This document shows, piece after piece, positions 21,491-32,830 of a stretch of 64,000 nt of DNA (position 1 is its first letter; each line of letters opens with the position of its first letter). A program made the position numbers and the translations under genes. The notes beneath the pieces are model-generated. The model was not told where the DNA came from. It saw only the letters and a program-made list of their open reading frames with translations, and searched no databases. The stretch lies in contig VRVR01000057.1 of NCBI GenBank assembly GCA_009859145.1, forward strand, positions 116,259 to 180,258, read 5' to 3'. The DNA comes from Andalucia godoyi And28 (Eukaryota > Protista > Jakobida).

Positions 21491-24400
21491 CTACTTTGGT
21501 ACAGCGAGCAGCCGTTCCAATTCTGCTGGACGAACGGGTTTTGTAAGGTACAGGTTCATGCCAGCCTCGAGCGCTTCTTTCTGAGTCTCGTCTCTTGAAT
21601 ATCCAGAAAGCGCAATGATGGGAACCGGGGCAATGCTCTCAGATTTCTCAATCCTTCGGATTTGGCGACATGCTTCTGTCCCAGTGAGACGAGGCATTTC
21701 GATATCGAGAAACACGAGATCTGGACGGTGTTTCTGGTACTGCTCCACAGCTTCGACGCCGTCGTCGGCAACAAAACAAGTAAAACCGCTCTTGGATAGA
21801 ATTCGCGACATGGCCTTTTGGGAAATCAAGTTATCGTCTGCGATTAGAATACGCGCCTTTGGACCGACGGCAAAAAAGCTCAGTCGGCGTGGAGTGTTGC
21901 CAGTCTTCTGGTCGGCATCGTCTGATGCTGCTTGCTGCGGAGAAGGAGGCAGCGTCGTCGCTGTCAAGGCGGTGTTGATGGAGGATGGTTGCGACAATGG
22001 AGAGGAAATTCGAGACTGCCAGTCAAACGCCGCAACAAACCGCGTTTCTCGGCCTGGGTCAGATTCGGCGGTAATAGTCCCACCCATCAGCGTTGTAAGC
22101 TCCTTGCAGATCGGGAGACCGAGGCCAGTGCTCACACCGTCAAACTTGTGGCTTCTGCTCACCTTTGAAAACTTGTCGAAGACGCCCTCCAGGTCTCCAA
22201 CGTCAAACCCGGACCCAGAATTGCTGATGGAGAACACGCATCGAGAAGTCCTCGGTTGGTTTGCGGTGGATGGAGTGGAACTAACTGAAAACACAATGTA
22301 CCCTTGAGACGGTGTGTACTTGGTCGCATTGGAAAAGAGATTGATCAAGACCTGTGTCAGCTTGACTTCATCTGTGAAAACTTCGATGTCATCTTCCAAT
22401 TGAATGCAGGGCGTAAATCTAATGTCCCCGCTTTGGAAATGCTGCTCATACATGAGGACTACGTTCTGAACAACGCGGGACAGAGGGAACCATGATTCGT
22501 GAGGAAGGAGGCCTTTCGAGCTGATTTTCGACAGCTCAATAACTTCCCCCAGAACGCTCATTTGATGATCACTGCACACTTGGATGCACTCCACGCAGTC
22601 CTCGATTAGAGCCAGACGCCCTTTGAGATCCTTCCACACGGAGCGTTGGGCGGCTTCAAGAGACGTAGACGCAGCAACAGACCGCTGCAGCAATTTGGAT
22701 TCCTCGTCGGCTAGAACTCGCTTAATGTCGCTAATGAGCTCGGACTGCTGGTGAAGACTGAACAGAGTTCCCGACACGGGATTTCGAATCTCATGGCAGA
22801 TCGTGTCAATGAAATCCTCAAGCTGGGTCTTCCTGTACTCGGCTTCCTTTGCACGTTCAAGCTGAAACTCTTCCTGTCGTTTCGACGCTGTCAGCTGCTC
22901 CTCCTCGATCCGTTTTTGCTCGGTGATGTCAGTGATGGTAAGGATAAAGCCACACGGAATATTCCGCTCGCCCAATTCCGGCATTCCCTGCACAAGCAGC
23001 CATCTCAACGGCGGGTTCATGGACTTGTTGACAATGCGATACGTCATGTGCAATGTTGCAGACTGTCCACTCTCCCACTGGCGAAGGAAATCAGTCCATT
23101 CGTCCACAGCAGCTTGTCTGTCGTCGTCAATAATCATGGACGACCACGTGGCATTCATGGTATCGACCGTGCTGCCAAACATTTTCTCGACCCACGGATT
23201 GATGTAGTTCACCCATCCAGAGCGATCGGTATGGAGGATACCGACAGGTGCAACGGAGGCCAACACGCGGAATCTCAATTCGCTTTCTGCAAGGGCTTTT
23301 TCAATTTCTTTCCTCGACACAATCTGGAGCTCCAAATTGCGGTTGGCCTCCCGGAGTTCTTCCGTACGCTTTGAAACTTCATTCTCAAGATGGAATCGCA
23401 ATCGGCCAAGTTCCAAATGGTTCTTAACACGCGCAATCAGCTCCTTCGCAGAAAAGGATGTCTTGACGATGTAGTCGTCTGCCCCCTTTTGGAGGCCCTC
23501 AATCTTCGCTTCCTCTCCGGCTCGTGCAGAAAGAATGATCACCGGAGTGGAGCATGTAAAGGGGTTCTGTCGCAATCTGCGCATCAACTCGAAGCCGTCC
23601 ATGACTGGCATCATCACATCGGATAAAATTAAATCATACTTTTTCTTTTCAGAAAGAAACAGTGCTTCCTGTCCGTTCTTCGCCAGATCCACTTTCCAGT
23701 ATCTTTTCAAGATTCCCTTGACATAACTTCGCATATCAGGATTATCGTCAGCCAAAAGAATCGTCGCATCTCCATAATCGGCGGAATCGCTCGATGCTGA
23801 ACTCGTGTCATTGTCGTCCTCACTTTGAGGAGGAGTGTCGTCCATCCACGTAGCGGCTTCTTCGACGAACGCGCCAGAAGGACGATACGTCGACACCGGC
23901 AAATCATTGTGATGGAAGGAGGAGGAGGAGTCTTCTAATGCGGGCGCGGAGTGCAGCACATTCTGTTCGGCGAGATGCGAGAACCCGAATGGAATTCTAA
24001 CTCGGAAAGTCGTTCCACAGCCCAACTCACTAGCGACATCAATCGTTCCGCCATGCAGCCGCACCAGTTCCAACGTCAGCGCAAGGCCAATACCAGAGCC
24101 CTCGTAGTTTCTACCCTTTGAATTTTCAATCCTGTGAAAGCGCTCAAACACCCGTGGCAGCTCAGGCTGTGGAATTCCTGTCCCGGAATCTGAAACTTCG
24201 AGAACAGCGCCCTTTTCATCCTCCGAAATCGACACTTGAATGAAGCCTTTGAACGTGAACTTGAAAGCGTTGCTCAACAGGTTGGCAACGATTTTTTCCC
24301 ACATCGAACGATCCACAAACACGTCTTGAGACAGTCTGGACGACAGAAGGACTCTGAAATCCAATCCAGCCTTCTCCATCAGCGGTTGAAACAGACTCGC

Positions 24401-25858
24401 AATCTCCAAAGTCATACCTGGAAGATTCGTCGGAACAAACTGGCATTGTGACCGACCGGCTTCGATGCGGGAGAAATCAAGAAGATTGTTGACCAGACGC
24501 AGCAAACGACTTCCATTACGATTAACCATCTCCATGCGCTCTCGTTGCATTCGTGCAAGCGGATTCTGGGTGTCTGCAAGAGCATCTGCAAGGGGTCCCA
24601 ACATTAGATTTAATGGTGTTCGCAGCTCGTGAGAAATATTACTGAAAAATACAGTCTTGGCATGATCGAGCTTGGCGAGTTCCTCGGCCCGGCGCGTTTC
24701 GGTTTCGAATGCCTGCACAGAAGACGCAGCAGAAGACATTTGTCCGCAAATTGACGTGCAGAAGTCCATGAAGAATTTATCCAGAGGCTTCGCTGGATTG
24801 CTTCCAAAAATACAGAAACCAACAGGCGTGTTTTGCAGAGCCGAGTACAATGGGAAAACAACAGCCTTCGTCAAGGAAACCTGCGGATACGACTCCCAGT
24901 AGCCCTTGGGAACCCGATCATATTTGGACACATCGATAACCCATCCATTTCTGGACATTGTGTGGAGACCAAACTGCCAAGGGTCCGGCCCGTGGTCTCC
25001 CATCTTACCCGCCGTCGTCTGGGCAAAGAGAACCGTCTGCGGACACAGTGGATGGACCTGGGACGGGTCAGATGAAAAGCCAGCCGACGAAACCAACGTG
25101 GCAACGTCTGCGGATCCATTGGTTTGGTAGAAGAGTGCAAACGGAAAATCGAAGTTGTTTCTCTGCACAGCAAGAATTGCATTGCAAAACACGTCCCGGA
25201 CCGTCTTGCACCTCAGCAGTCTTCCCGACAGATCGTTCTTCGTCTGCAGCCTTCTTCCTTCTACAACCCTCTCTGTGGTTTCTTGCACGGCACAGAAGAC
25301 TGCGCAGACTTTGGACTCGTTCAGACCACCGGGAGAATACGAAAACGTCTGATACGCCTCCTCTAATCCGAAATCCGATCGATTCAGCAACATCATGCGA
25401 TCCTCAAAGGACCACGATATGCCCTTTTCCATGACATCCATGAGCGACCCTTCGATCTGGTCCCACACCTCGGGCCAACACAGACGTCCCGCAACGCCGA
25501 ATGCGAGATGCGGATGTTTCGCTCTGCAAATCGCAATGTATGGATCATTGTACAAAAACACCAAACTCGGACCGGCAAACAGACACATTGGGACTCCACA
25601 TGCAAGAGTTGCGCTCACCAGCGAGCACAGAGACTTCGGCCAGCTTTCCACGGGACCAAGCGGGCTTCGCTCCCAGTCAAAGCTTCGGGCATACCGGCTT
25701 GTTTCAAAATCTCCAGGAAACACTTCATGCAGCAATCGCTCTCTCCCCGACAATCCTGGATCTTTCAGGACATCCAGCATCGCGATACTGTGCTGCGGCT
25801 TCTTACTTGCATACTCGTCCATGATGCCAGGCTGCTCTTCTTCTAATTCGGGAAACAT
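21491..25858 (-). CDS. Dual hybrid histidine kinase PAS-GAF-HisKA-HATPase-REC-PAS-HisKA-HATPase-REC
   Basis: H-boxes NISHELRTPL and TICHEIRNPV; G-boxes GSGIGLAL and STGLGLPI; receivers LSDVMMPVMDG and FLDIEMPRLTG; N-terminal DWERSPLGPVESWP motif. Confidence 0.93.
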   Translation of the reverse strand: MFPELEEEQPGIMDEYASKKPQHSIAMLDVLKDPGLSGRERLLHEVFPGDFETSRYARSFDWERSPLGPVESWPKSLCSLVSATLACGVPMCLFAGPSLVFLYNDPYIAICRAKHPHLAFGVAGRLCWPEVWDQIEGSLMDVMEKGISWSFEDRMMLLNRSDFGLEEAYQTFSYSPGGLNESKVCAVFCAVQETTERVVEGRRLQTKNDLSGRLLRCKTVRDVFCNAILAVQRNNFDFPFALFYQTNGSADVATLVSSAGFSSDPSQVHPLCPQTVLFAQTTAGKMGDHGPDPWQFGLHTMSRNGWVIDVSKYDRVPKGYWESYPQVSLTKAVVFPLYSALQNTPVGFCIFGSNPAKPLDKFFMDFCTSICGQMSSAASSVQAFETETRRAEELAKLDHAKTVFFSNISHELRTPLNLMLGPLADALADTQNPLARMQRERMEMVNRNGSRLLRLVNNLLDFSRIEAGRSQCQFVPTNLPGMTLEIASLFQPLMEKAGLDFRVLLSSRLSQDVFVDRSMWEKIVANLLSNAFKFTFKGFIQVSISEDEKGAVLEVSDSGTGIPQPELPRVFERFHRIENSKGRNYEGSGIGLALTLELVRLHGGTIDVASELGCGTTFRVRIPFGFSHLAEQNVLHSAPALEDSSSSFHHNDLPVSTYRPSGAFVEEAATWMDDTPPQSEDDNDTSSASSDSADYGDATILLADDNPDMRSYVKGILKRYWKVDLAKNGQEALFLSEKKKYDLILSDVMMPVMDGFELMRRLRQNPFTCSTPVIILSARAGEEAKIEGLQKGADDYIVKTSFSAKELIARVKNHLELGRLRFHLENEVSKRTEELREANRNLELQIVSRKEIEKALAESELRFRVLASVAPVGILHTDRSGWVNYINPWVEKMFGSTVDTMNATWSSMIIDDDRQAAVDEWTDFLRQWESGQSATLHMTYRIVNKSMNPPLRWLLVQGMPELGERNIPCGFILTITDITEQKRIEEEQLTASKRQEEFQLERAKEAEYRKTQLEDFIDTICHEIRNPVSGTLFSLHQQSELISDIKRVLADEESKLLQRSVAASTSLEAAQRSVWKDLKGRLALIEDCVECIQVCSDHQMSVLGEVIELSKISSKGLLPHESWFPLSRVVQNVVLMYEQHFQSGDIRFTPCIQLEDDIEVFTDEVKLTQVLINLFSNATKYTPSQGYIVFSVSSTPSTANQPRTSRCVFSISNSGSGFDVGDLEGVFDKFSKVSRSHKFDGVSTGLGLPICKELTTLMGGTITAESDPGRETRFVAAFDWQSRISSPLSQPSSINTALTATTLPPSPQQAASDDADQKTGNTPRRLSFFAVGPKARILIADDNLISQKAMSRILSKSGFTCFVADDGVEAVEQYQKHRPDLVFLDIEMPRLTGTEACRQIRRIEKSESIAPVPIIALSGYSRDETQKEALEAGMNLYLTKPVRPAELERLLAVPK

Positions 25859-26599
25859 TTTTTTCTTCTTTCTTTCCCTCTTCTCCTTCTTCTTCTTTCG
25901 CGACACAGAAATTAGGGAAGAAAAAAAACCCGTGATTCCGACCGCAAAAGTGCGAACAGCCAACAAAAAACGAATAGCAAAGTAAGAAAAATAAAAAAAA
26001 AATATAAAAATTGCCAGACCCTTGGGAGGTTCTGGACTTTGGAGATTGGACGGGATGTGGGGGATTGGGGCACGGAGTCTTTCGGAGTTTAGACACGAGT
26101 GGACTCGCTAAGGGGAAAGAGGAAGGAAAAAAGGACAACTGGCAATCGCGATAGTTGATAGTTCGTCTGAAACAGGTCAAGACCACCAGGGTGTGCTAGG
26201 TGACGAAACCAGCGATCACCCCCATCAGTACAAGTTGGGCAATTCGAAGGAACGAAAGGTGATGTGGCCTGTCATGTGCCATGAAGCCTGCAGCTGCCAA
26301 TTCAGGAAAGTCGTCATTGGCGTTGTGATCACATTGAACGACGCATCTTAGCATGGCCTTTGTCCGTGTCCGAACAGAAACTTCCTGCCTTCTCCGTTGC
26401 AACCGTCCTTCCGACCGTACTGCATTCCTCCGACAGCCTCTGACTTCCCTTTTCAGACATAAGCCACTCGAGAAAGAAGCGGCCATGCTCCAATTGATGC
26501 TTCGCCCAACTGCGAGCAGAGAGTTGAATTATAACAATTATTGGATTGATTTTTCTTTTCGGCTGTGCTGCAGCCAAAATCGCAAACGATTAAGCAAGC

Positions 26600-27607
26600 A
26601 TGGTGAATGCGCAAGAACTGGTGATCATCCCGAAGCTCCGAAAGGTGCTGGATTCGCTGATTGCAAAGCGCAAGCCGGCCGAAGGGCCGTTGGACGCGAC
26701 CGTCATGGCGACATTTACGACGGATGAGGTTTGTTCGCGGTATTTGCGAGCAAACGATCTTGATTATGACAAGGGGGCGAAGCAACTGTACGAAACGCTG
26801 TGTTTTCGCAGTGTGGAAAAGCCGCATTTGATCGCTGCGCAGGACGTGATGCCGAGTCTTGAGACGGGAAAAATGTTCGAGTGCGGAGCGGATCGCAGCG
26901 GTCATCCGGTTATCTATCTGCGCACGGGGCTTGATGGCGCGAGTGATTCGAGCGTCAAGATCAAGCATCTCTTGTACATCCTTGAGCACACCCTGCGCGG
27001 ATTGGAAATCCAGGCAAGAACAGGAGTTGCAACCGATGGAAAATGGGTCCTCATCATCGATTTTGGGTACTCCAAGTCGCAAAAGGCTGCCGGGAAGAAG
27101 TTCAGCATGTCGGACATCTCGGTTGGAAAGAAAATGGTCCATATACTAGGCACACACTACCCCGAGAGGCTTGCAAAGTGTGTGTTTGTGAGACCGTCCG
27201 GCGGGTTTGTGGCGTTTTGGAACCTCTTCGTCAAGCCATTCGTTGCAAAAAAGACGGTTGACAAGATGGTGTTCCTGCGCAACTTGCATACCAACTACGA
27301 CGCTTCCCAGCACGATCACGACCACGACCACGACCGCGATCATCATCTTAATCACGCCGGAAATGGCAGTGCAGAGGCTCCGCAGCAAGAAGCTGTCGCC
27401 GAGGAGCAAAAGCAAATGGAGAAACCAGAGAACATGGTGTTGAATGACAAGCAAGAGGCCGAGCAAGGAATCTTTCTGCAGCTCATTGCAAAGGAGCAGC
27501 TCCTTCGAGATTACGGTGGCGAAAAAGAGTTTCGATACTCTGTACAAAGCGTCATCAGCGACATTGAAGACCGCCAAAATCGTCTAAAGTCTCTTGCGTC
27601 GTCGTAA
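26600..27607 (+). CDS. CRAL-TRIO (Sec14-like) lipid-binding protein
   Basis: RYLRANDLD, DRSGHPVIY, WVLIIDF, ILGTHYPERLAK, FWNLFVKPF, YGG near the C-terminus. Confidence 0.88.
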   Translation: MVNAQELVIIPKLRKVLDSLIAKRKPAEGPLDATVMATFTTDEVCSRYLRANDLDYDKGAKQLYETLCFRSVEKPHLIAAQDVMPSLETGKMFECGADRSGHPVIYLRTGLDGASDSSVKIKHLLYILEHTLRGLEIQARTGVATDGKWVLIIDFGYSKSQKAAGKKFSMSDISVGKKMVHILGTHYPERLAKCVFVRPSGGFVAFWNLFVKPFVAKKTVDKMVFLRNLHTNYDASQHDHDHDHDRDHHLNHAGNGSAEAPQQEAVAEEQKQMEKPENMVLNDKQEAEQGIFLQLIAKEQLLRDYGGEKEFRYSVQSVISDIEDRQNRLKSLASS

Positions 27608-28018
27608 AAAGAAACAACAGCAAAACAGAAAAAAACAACACTGCAGCGTTGCGCAGCACACACCCACTGGGTTTCTCTTCCGCGTTTTGAAAAAAATCTG
27701 CGTCGCAGCAGACCTTTGCATGGTATGAGCAGGTTTTCGAACTTCCATTCGATTTCCACTTCTCGCCAACCTTCTGTTCCCCCCCGCCCCCCGCTCCCCG
27801 AAATCCATGGTTCGTTTGTCGGTGGTCCGATCTCTCTTCCTCTTTTTGAAAAACAAAACAAAAACGAAAACAAACGAAAAAACGGTCCCCAATCCAAATA
27901 CTCCTCGCTGCTGGCTTTTAAAAAATTCTTCTACCTTCTTGTTCTTTCTTTTCCAAAAAAAAAAAAAGAAAAAGAAAAAGAAAGCAGTGAGTAGCAGCGT
28001 CAGTCATTCTGTGAAACG

Positions 28019-28297
28019 ATGGGCCAACCAGGAAGTGAAACAAGGGAATCGCACCAACAACATCTGGAGTATGCGCATTTCTTCGGTGTTGGTGCTGCAG
28101 ACCACGAAAACTTGATGCCCGTCACCAACCTGCCGAGAAGCCTTCGATACACAAGCACCCTGCCTCCCTTGCACACTGGAACCAGTGCGAGTTCTCGAAA
28201 GCGCCGTGTTGCCCTCACAGCGACGTTTCTTCTGGTGTCCGTTCTGCTGGTTGTTGCGATTGTTGCAGCCGTGCTCGCAGCACCCACGAAGACCTGA
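28019..28297 (+). CDS. Small protein with a C-terminal TM helix
   Basis: ATG ORF after an A-rich leader, ending RKRR plus VALTATFLLVSVLLVVAIVAAVLAA. No family recognised. Confidence 0.35.
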   Translation: MGQPGSETRESHQQHLEYAHFFGVGAADHENLMPVTNLPRSLRYTSTLPPLHTGTSASSRKRRVALTATFLLVSVLLVVAIVAAVLAAPTKT

Positions 28298-28438
28298 GGT
28301 CCTCTCCACTCCCCTGTACAGATCATTACAAATCACTACAAATCCTTACAGCATCATATACGTATAAAATATAAACATAGAGATTAAAAAAACAAACGAA
28401 CGAACAAACAAAAAACAAGCACGTGTGTCACGCGACCA

Positions 28439-30697
28439 CTACCGTCTTGACACAGCTTTCTTGGGGTTCCACAGAGCTTGCAGGGTCGGAACTCCAGGTG
28501 GCGGAGCTTCTTTCAGCACTTTTGACGATACCCGAGAACGCTTTGCCGATCTCTGAGCATCCCCGAGGGTAGCAGCAGAAGTCGCAGCGACAGACTTCTT
28601 TTCTGCACGTCCGGGGACTTGAAGACTAGGAATTCCAGTTGCCCATTCAGCCTGTAGACGAAGTGCCAACGCATGGTCATCTTCGATCTGTTTGTCGACG
28701 CCTGGGGAATCGCATTGCTCACTGCCGAGAAGATGCGCTTTCCCCTCTACTTCATTCCCATTCTCATTATCGTTATCGTCACCATCATCATCGCCTGCCC
28801 CACGCCCATCGCCATTTTCAACAACACGATTCTCGTCGCCATCGTTGCCGACATCACAATGACTACGAGTGTCATCGCCGTCGTCATCACCACCGCTACC
28901 ATCATGACGGTGACGCACAACGACTGCCGGGTGTGGAGCGCCGTCTACAATGGCACTCTCCGGAGTGCCAACGGACGAAATAGGAGCAGCAGCGCGGAAA
29001 AAGTTTCGAATAGAATGACTGTCCACCTTGGACCGGTGAGCAGCATCCGAGAACGCATCGCTGAACTGGCTCACGGCGATTCCAACTCTCGTGACTCCTG
29101 CAATGCCATCAAAATCTTGGAACATCTCCTCATTACCACTGCTATTCTTGACCAAATCCGAGTTGCTGTCCACCTTCATGTCATTGATATATTCTCGCAG
29201 AAGAGACATGTACGCAGACAGGATGATCGGGTCTGCAAACGGATACAACCGGCTTATCCTCGCCTTGTCCTGTGGAAGCAGCGAATCTACATACTCGGGA
29301 ATCAGCGGTCTGGAAGCGAGGTCCTCGTGTCGTTTCGAATATGCCCCCAGATGCTTCGAGACAATGGGGAAAAACTCAAACTTGCGTGACTTTGACGGGA
29401 ACTTCACATTTCCGGATTCATACGACCCCGAATGAACATGTACACGAAATCTGGCAGTCAGGCTGGTTGCGCACTTTCTCGTTTCCGAGTAGTACTTGCA
29501 CAGCCGAAAGACCATTGCATCCACGAGGGGGATGAGGACGGCCATGACATCGTTGCTCGTCTTGATGAGCGGATATCCTTTCTCGAGCATAATCATCTTT
29601 TGATTGGTGCGTGCGACGACTGCTGAATCGTCCATTCCTCGCGCCCGGAGCCACACAAAGCGCAGCTGTTCGTCATCGACAGCTCTTTCATCGCTTCCGC
29701 GAACTCGATGTCCATACAGAGTCCGAAACGCGTCGAATTCTAAATCTTGCAGAGCAGCGATGCTGGAGAGCCCGCACTTGGCCAAGTGCCTACCAAGCTT
29801 GCCCTTCAAACCGTGGAGCGATGTCACATCCCTCATCTCCGTTTTCAAAATGCTGCAGTATGAAGCAGAGTGAATCACAGTCTGCCCACCAGGCTTTTTT
29901 AATCCAGAAGCGACTTTTGCCATCAGTTTGTTTGCAGCAATCCCAACCGAAGTCGTATACCCCAGTTTTTCATACACCCAAAGCTGCACGAACTTCATCA
30001 GCAAGGACGCGATTCCGAGGTTTGCGCTTTCTGCATCGCGGATCACGAGTACCGGATCAAACGTCATGAAGAACGGCAGTGCAACCGCCTGTGATTGAAG
30101 CCGTCCTAATCCCGCAGAGATTGATTTTTCCAAGAACGCCACTGCATTGGACGCATTGACCTGTACTAACCTCGTGATTTCTGTGAGATCCATATACGAC
30201 TCGTCGACAGAGGCTCTCTCAAAGAGAAAACCTCGATCGTCACCGTCGTCCAGGTCATGGTCATCCTCATTCTCTGCACCGTTCACACTCGCACTCGAAG
30301 ACGCAGACGCAGATTCAGACGCGTCGCTCCGAGTGGAGCGTGTGGAGATGTTGTGCCAGACATGGCGAAGCGCAGACCGGATGACGGTGAACAATCGCTC
30401 TGATTCCGTGCGATAATACTCCATTCGATTATGTCGAAGGATGATGTGCGGGCACTTTTGCACTCCGAGGTCTGCAGCATCAAATCGCTGGACGCCGTAC
30501 GGCCGCGCCTCGTAGGAAACCGCCACCAGAAAGGACCGCTGGACGACGGCCAACGGCACTGAAAGCCGCTTCGGAGGTCCGCTTCTGGAGCTGCGGTCCT
30601 CAGCGCCCGTTTCAGACAGTGGGAAGTTCTTTGGATGAAGCTGCTCTGCTTGCGCATAAAAGCAGTCGACGTCCAACAGCGCAACCACCCTGTGCAT
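28439..30697 (-). CDS. POLH: Y-family translesion DNA polymerase (eta/iota-like)
   Basis: VALLDVDCFYAQAE, AVSYEARPYGV, ERASVDESYMD, SVGIAANKLMAKVASGLKKP; C-terminal EDDHALALRLQAEW ubiquitin-binding-like motif. Eta versus iota not resolved. Confidence 0.85.
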   Translation of the reverse strand: MHRVVALLDVDCFYAQAEQLHPKNFPLSETGAEDRSSRSGPPKRLSVPLAVVQRSFLVAVSYEARPYGVQRFDAADLGVQKCPHIILRHNRMEYYRTESERLFTVIRSALRHVWHNISTRSTRSDASESASASSSASVNGAENEDDHDLDDGDDRGFLFERASVDESYMDLTEITRLVQVNASNAVAFLEKSISAGLGRLQSQAVALPFFMTFDPVLVIRDAESANLGIASLLMKFVQLWVYEKLGYTTSVGIAANKLMAKVASGLKKPGGQTVIHSASYCSILKTEMRDVTSLHGLKGKLGRHLAKCGLSSIAALQDLEFDAFRTLYGHRVRGSDERAVDDEQLRFVWLRARGMDDSAVVARTNQKMIMLEKGYPLIKTSNDVMAVLIPLVDAMVFRLCKYYSETRKCATSLTARFRVHVHSGSYESGNVKFPSKSRKFEFFPIVSKHLGAYSKRHEDLASRPLIPEYVDSLLPQDKARISRLYPFADPIILSAYMSLLREYINDMKVDSNSDLVKNSSGNEEMFQDFDGIAGVTRVGIAVSQFSDAFSDAAHRSKVDSHSIRNFFRAAAPISSVGTPESAIVDGAPHPAVVVRHRHDGSGGDDDGDDTRSHCDVGNDGDENRVVENGDGRGAGDDDGDDNDNENGNEVEGKAHLLGSEQCDSPGVDKQIEDDHALALRLQAEWATGIPSLQVPGRAEKKSVAATSAATLGDAQRSAKRSRVSSKVLKEAPPPGVPTLQALWNPKKAVSRR

Positions 30698-31078
30698 TGT
30701 CAGTCATCCAGACTGGAGGGAAGACTGAAACAAAACAAAACAAAATAACGACAACGACAACGACAACACGACAACACGATAACACGATAACACGACAACA
30801 CGACAACACGACAACACGACAACAACGAGACACGACAATTGCGAAAGTACAGTTGAGTCGACGGGTTGAGTGTGCGCTTTTGGACATCTTTTTTAAGCAT
30901 ATTCTACAGTCAGTTTTTTTGGGTTCCTTATATAGAGTACGAACGTACATTGGGGGAAGACGCGATCACAGGTGCACAGGGATGCAGGGACGCAGGCAGG
31001 CGGACGGGACAGTGATGGGGGATCTTTCTATTGCGATTTGAGAATATGGAGCGCGGGTGGAGTATTGGGGCCTGGGAG

Positions 31079-31954
31079 TCATCTTCCGAGAATGTGTTCG
31101 TCAATGTTTCGTGAAAGGAAGTCCACGACGGTGTTGTTTCTACGATGCTTGTCAAAGCTGTACGTACCAAACAAACGGTCCATAAATGTCGTGAATCCTC
31201 CGTAGTTCGTATCGCAAGTAGTGTGGTGTCTTCCGTGGGAAATGCAGCCGCAGAAAATGCCGAGCGTGAGCTTCTCGATGTTGACATCGAAGTGCGCGTG
31301 CACAAACGCACCGTAAACGACGAGCGTGGTTTGCAACGAGAGGAAGGACAGTGGATGGTGCTGCAACACGGCACCGGGCAGAATAGCGGGGATCGTCATC
31401 AGCAGCATTTCCAGCGGGTGGATGACCTGCGAATGGACGGCGACGACTGGCGTACACTGGTGGTGCACCGAGTGGACGTTCTTGTACAACCACGGAATCG
31501 CATGCAGTGCATAGTGGACCGCAAAGAACATGATATCGTACCAGAACATCTCGACTGCAAACTCGTATGCAAACTGCGAAAAGGACGGAGCGTGAGCGGG
31601 GAGCGCCATTCGGATGCCAAAGTACGGCGGGAGTGCTGCGACGAGGATCAGAACTACGCTGTTGAGCGCAAGCCATTTGAGAATAAAGCCGATGCGAAGC
31701 GACGGCATCGAGACCTCCTTCTGAGACCAGAAGTGGTGGTACAGGAACAGCGCAGTCATGACGATCGAGCTCAGGATGTACACAGTCTGCAGAAACTGCT
31801 GGATGGCAACACCGAACAAAATGTCGTTGCTGATGAACCTTTCGCTCGAGAGGAATGCCTGCCAGACGGACTCGAGAGCCGAGTCCGCTGTCTGGTGGAA
31901 CGCAGATACAATCGCATATGACGATGATGATGATGACGACGACGACAACAACAT
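31079..31954 (-). CDS. Sterol desaturase / fatty acid hydroxylase superfamily (C4-methyl oxidase or C25-hydroxylase-like)
   Basis: His boxes HYALH, HSVHH, HGRHH; LYKNVH and NYG...MDRLFGT; TM segments. Confidence 0.88.
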   Translation of the reverse strand: MLLSSSSSSSSSYAIVSAFHQTADSALESVWQAFLSSERFISNDILFGVAIQQFLQTVYILSSIVMTALFLYHHFWSQKEVSMPSLRIGFILKWLALNSVVLILVAALPPYFGIRMALPAHAPSFSQFAYEFAVEMFWYDIMFFAVHYALHAIPWLYKNVHSVHHQCTPVVAVHSQVIHPLEMLLMTIPAILPGAVLQHHPLSFLSLQTTLVVYGAFVHAHFDVNIEKLTLGIFCGCISHGRHHTTCDTNYGGFTTFMDRLFGTYSFDKHRRNNTVVDFLSRNIDEHILGR

Positions 31955-32830
31955 TCCTTTGAATTTTTTTCCTTTTCCCTTTTTTCTTCTTCTTCTTCTT
32001 ATCCTTTGACCAAGATTAACAGACAAAACAAAAGAAGAAAGGAAAAAGGAAAAAGAAAAACGACGAAGAAGAGGAAGAGAGAGGCGAAGAGAAGGAAACA
32101 CGAAACAGCGGAAAAAACGTATCGACATCAACGACGAGAGCGGCCCTTCTTTTGAGCTTTCCTCGGTTGCACACTGCACGTGTGACTGAAAGTTCCGCTG
32201 AGATGGCCTGTTGTTTTTGGTTTTTAGCCTCCGGTAGGAGCGCCAGCAGTTCGAAAATGGACTGTTGCTGGGACGCTGTTTACAAATGTCCAAATGTAGC
32301 CAACAGTCCTACGCCGCGCCGCAGCAGGACAGTCCGGCACCTTGTAAGGGGTTTGTTGGATGCAGATCGGCCCCGGTGGAGAGTCTGCTCGCATTTCCTG
32401 CTCGATTTGGTCATCCTCGTCCTGTTTCTCGATACTTTTCATGAACCATCGGTACTTCTTACAAATCTGATTGCATAAAGAACCGCATGTGCTGCGATTG
32501 CCGTTTGCCAGCATCAGCAGCTCGACTTGTAGCTTGATGAACAAGCTTTCTGTCTGCTCACACATTTTAGGGTTTATGAGGGGTACGCAATCCTCTGAGC
32601 AGCCGCATGGACAACGAAACGGGATGGATCCACCGCTCCTGCACCATGACGTTGCTGAACGGCTGATCGTCTGTGCAATGGGGGTGATCGCAACGGAGCG
32701 AATTCCTCGGTCTTCCGCGAAAACCGCGGAAAGGGATGGCACGCGCGCGAACGTTTTCTCTGTGGCATCTGCAGTTTTCGCCCCAAGCAAACAAACACCC
32801 CACAGCAACGACAAGAGAAAAAAAAAGCCG

